Positions 47,289 to 50,964 of a stretch of DNA of 50,964 nucleotides are shown piece after piece. The stretch is from positions 1-50,964 of the forward strand of contig QXYA01000101.1 of the NCBI GenBank assembly GCA_009887135.1. The letters run 5' to 3'. Source of the DNA: Candidatus Poseidoniales archaeon (GTDB lineage Archaea; Thermoplasmatota; Poseidoniia; Poseidoniales; Poseidoniaceae). Numbering within the stretch: position 1 is the stretch's first letter; every line of letters begins with the position of its first letter. Under the pieces are notes generated by a model. That model was not told where the DNA came from and made no database searches. It saw only the letters and a list, made by a program, of their open reading frames with translations. The position numbers and the translations under genes were made by a program.

Positions 47289-48335
47289 ATGAACAGGGGA
47301 ATAACAGTGCACCAGCGAAAAGCAGCATTCTTGTTGATTGTTTTCTTTGCACCGTTCTTCAGTGACATGTACGGAGTTGAACCAATTGGTTCTGCTTCAG
47401 CAGCAATCGATGATTGCGGAGGGGATCTGTCTCCAATCGTTTGGAATGAAACAATTTCTCGTCATGCAGAAGTTCCATTTTACGATTCATGGGGATGGGA
47501 TGACTTTGGATTTGAAGACAATGAAGATGGTCGCAAGGGTCAAGGCCGCTCTGCTGCCCAAGATGACCCAGAACAGGATTCTACAGATGTTCCAGAAGAG
47601 CCTTACATGTACATGAACTACCATTCCGATGTTGCCCTTGATAAATTTGAATCGAATATTGCTACAACAATCAAGGTTGGAAACGATAGCGTAGGGGCAA
47701 TTCGCGTCAATCTATCGAGCACTCATAGAACGACGATTTGTGTCGAAATTCAAGGTCTAATCGGCGATCAACTCGTGCCAGCTGAGGCCGATGTGTATCT
47801 TATGACCACAAATAATTACGAATCATATCAGGGTTCATATCAGAGGATGCATAGCGATAGCATTGACAAATGGTTTAGGCAAGAAAGCCAAAGTTCAGAG
47901 GAGTTTGTTGCTGAAACATCTCCTGAATGGGCTGCCTTTGAATGGACGGGCTGGAAAACATACCGGGATGTTCATGCTTATGATTCCACAGATTCTGTCG
48001 TTATGAGCGTCTCATTAGATGGTCCTGAAGTCTACAGTTCTCTCTTCTCTGGGACAGTGTATGAAGAGTTCTTCATCGTCATCGATACTTGGGACAATTC
48101 CCACAGAGGAGATGCTCCTGTCCAAAACAAAGTCGTCGTAGCTGACATATCGATCTCAACTGTTGAACGTTCCATTGTCTTGCCAAACTGGACTGTTTCT
48201 TTGGCGTTCTTAGTATTCTTCATGGCTATAGTGATGGCACCACTTATCGTAAACAAGCGATATATGAATGCTGGACTGGAACAAAACATCACTGAAGGGC
48301 AACAACTGATGCCTTCTTTGGAACAAAAATCCTGA
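47289..48335 (+). CDS. Hypothetical acidic exported protein with N- and C-terminal hydrophobic segments
   Basis: N-terminal 'AAFLLIVFFAPFF', acidic body, C-terminal TM 'WTVSLAFLVFFMAIVMAPLIV'. Start ATG 47289 or GTG 47307. Confidence 0.7.
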   Translation: MNRGITVHQRKAAFLLIVFFAPFFSDMYGVEPIGSASAAIDDCGGDLSPIVWNETISRHAEVPFYDSWGWDDFGFEDNEDGRKGQGRSAAQDDPEQDSTDVPEEPYMYMNYHSDVALDKFESNIATTIKVGNDSVGAIRVNLSSTHRTTICVEIQGLIGDQLVPAEADVYLMTTNNYESYQGSYQRMHSDSIDKWFRQESQSSEEFVAETSPEWAAFEWTGWKTYRDVHAYDSTDSVVMSVSLDGPEVYSSLFSGTVYEEFFIVIDTWDNSHRGDAPVQNKVVVADISISTVERSIVLPNWTVSLAFLVFFMAIVMAPLIVNKRYMNAGLEQNITEGQQLMPSLEQKS

Positions 48336-48345
48336 GTAGATTTGC

Positions 48346-49143
48346 TCAATACTCAAGAAGCGTCCATGCGTCTCTGAGGTCTCGAACGTTGATGAGGCCC
48401 TTATCGCTGATGCGATGTTCCATAGAGAGAGTTGCATAGACCATTGAGACGCCCAAAACCGGTGCGTGGATTCGAGCCCAATCGCCGCCACTGTTGATTG
48501 CCATGAGGCTGTATTCGTGTCCTTCGCCTTTCAGGTCGATTGCTGCATCAACAATCTGTAATGCATCGAGGTGTGAATGTGCGGTTGAGCAAAATTTGAC
48601 CATGTCTGAAGTTTCACTTCTCTCTCGAACATAAGCTGCGATATCCTCTGAATTTGGGGTTCCGTTGATATCATGTGATGAATGGATGATCTTACATCCT
48701 GCCTTCTTAGCGCCTTCATTCAAAGCATTGAATTCAGCTTCTTCGATGGAGGTTTCGATATCAATCCAACTGACCTTTGAAGCAATTGCTTGTTTAAGCA
48801 CTTCAATTCGTTCTTCTTCAGTACCTGGGAAAAAGCCACCCTCGCGAGCGGGGCGGTTGGTGAAGATGACAGGAATTCCAATTGATTCTTTCAGCTTTTG
48901 TATCGAAGCCTCAGCGTCTAAGGAGGATGCATCGTTTATTGACCATTCTGATTCGGGTGGCATAACCGATTTGGTCTCTCCATCTTCTTGTTCGACTTCT
49001 ACGGGTGCTGGTTTGGAGAGGTAAAGTCTGTCGAAACGGATTTCGACGATGTCTGCGCCTGCAGTGGAGGCTCGTGCGGCTTCGTCGACCATTGCTTTAA
49101 CGGTCGTAGAGTCAAGCGCAACGCAAATTGTAGGTTCAGGCAT
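48346..49143 (-). CDS. aroD: 3-dehydroquinate dehydratase, type I
   Basis: 'ICVAL', 'ADIVEIRFD', 'PVIFTNR...EGG', 'WIDIE', 'SSHD..GTP', Schiff-base 'DMVKF'. Start ATG 49143. Confidence 0.88.
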   Translation of the reverse strand: MPEPTICVALDSTTVKAMVDEAARASTAGADIVEIRFDRLYLSKPAPVEVEQEDGETKSVMPPESEWSINDASSLDAEASIQKLKESIGIPVIFTNRPAREGGFFPGTEEERIEVLKQAIASKVSWIDIETSIEEAEFNALNEGAKKAGCKIIHSSHDINGTPNSEDIAAYVRERSETSDMVKFCSTAHSHLDALQIVDAAIDLKGEGHEYSLMAINSGGDWARIHAPVLGVSMVYATLSMEHRISDKGLINVRDLRDAWTLLEY

Positions 49144-49267
49144 ATTGCACTCGACTGGGGACCTGTTCTTAACGCTCACGGCTGTAGACGTTCTTTCGAA
49201 GGGGGTAGATTATGTCAAAATGGGTGTTATTTTTGTCTATCATAAACATCACACGGGAGGCTTCTAT

Positions 49268-49289
49268 GGGGGTATGTTTACATACCCCC
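49268..49289. promoter_or_regulatory. Perfect 10-2-10 inverted repeat (GGGGGTATGT-TT-ACATACCCCC) in the aroD/gyrB divergent intergenic region; candidate operator
   Basis: Arms 49268-49277 and 49280-49289 are exact reverse complements. The regulatory function is inferred only. Confidence 0.5.
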
Positions 49290-49311
49290 GTCGGCCATCT
49301 TTAACAGTTAG

Positions 49312-50964
<1,653 letters not shown>

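Noticed and set aside
49169-49175. Isolated TTAACGC upstream of aroD as part of a regulon
   Set aside because: A single 7-mer is expected several times by chance in 51 kb on two strands, and it has no palindromic partner.

Overview
Gene-dense archaeal chromosomal segment, most consistent with Marine Group II Euryarchaeota (Poseidoniales, Thermoplasmatota). This is inferred from archaeal informational genes (aIF2-gamma, rpS6e, Cdc6/Orc1, Dph2, A-type ATP synthase) mixed with bacterial-type genes (GyrB, class II tRNA nucleotidyltransferase, class II HMG-CoA reductase), GGAGG/GGTGA ribosome-binding sites and large acidic secreted PKD peptidases. From left to right: an atpI-K-E-C-F-A-B-D operon; a site-2-protease-like protein lacking its catalytic motifs; panE; nadB; a Zn-finger membrane protein; smc-scpA-scpB; HMG-CoA reductase; a ~55-bp nested palindrome built from six TTAACGC units; an operon for an AAA+/acidic-linker/winged-HTH protein, a beta-propeller protein and DUF357; a minus-strand gcvH-like/hpt/dph2/cdc6/rps6e/eif2g/PIN cluster; peptidases and regulators; aroD; and a 3'-truncated gyrB that the ORF track omits. 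No tRNA, rRNA, CRISPR array or mobile element was recognised. The best candidate for an undescribed system is the TTAACGC palindrome array with its adjacent AAA+-wHTH operon, one gene away from a C-terminally extended SMC-ScpAB. Several apparent pseudo-enzymes and unusual fusions also stand out. All family calls come from motif recognition by eye, not database searches.
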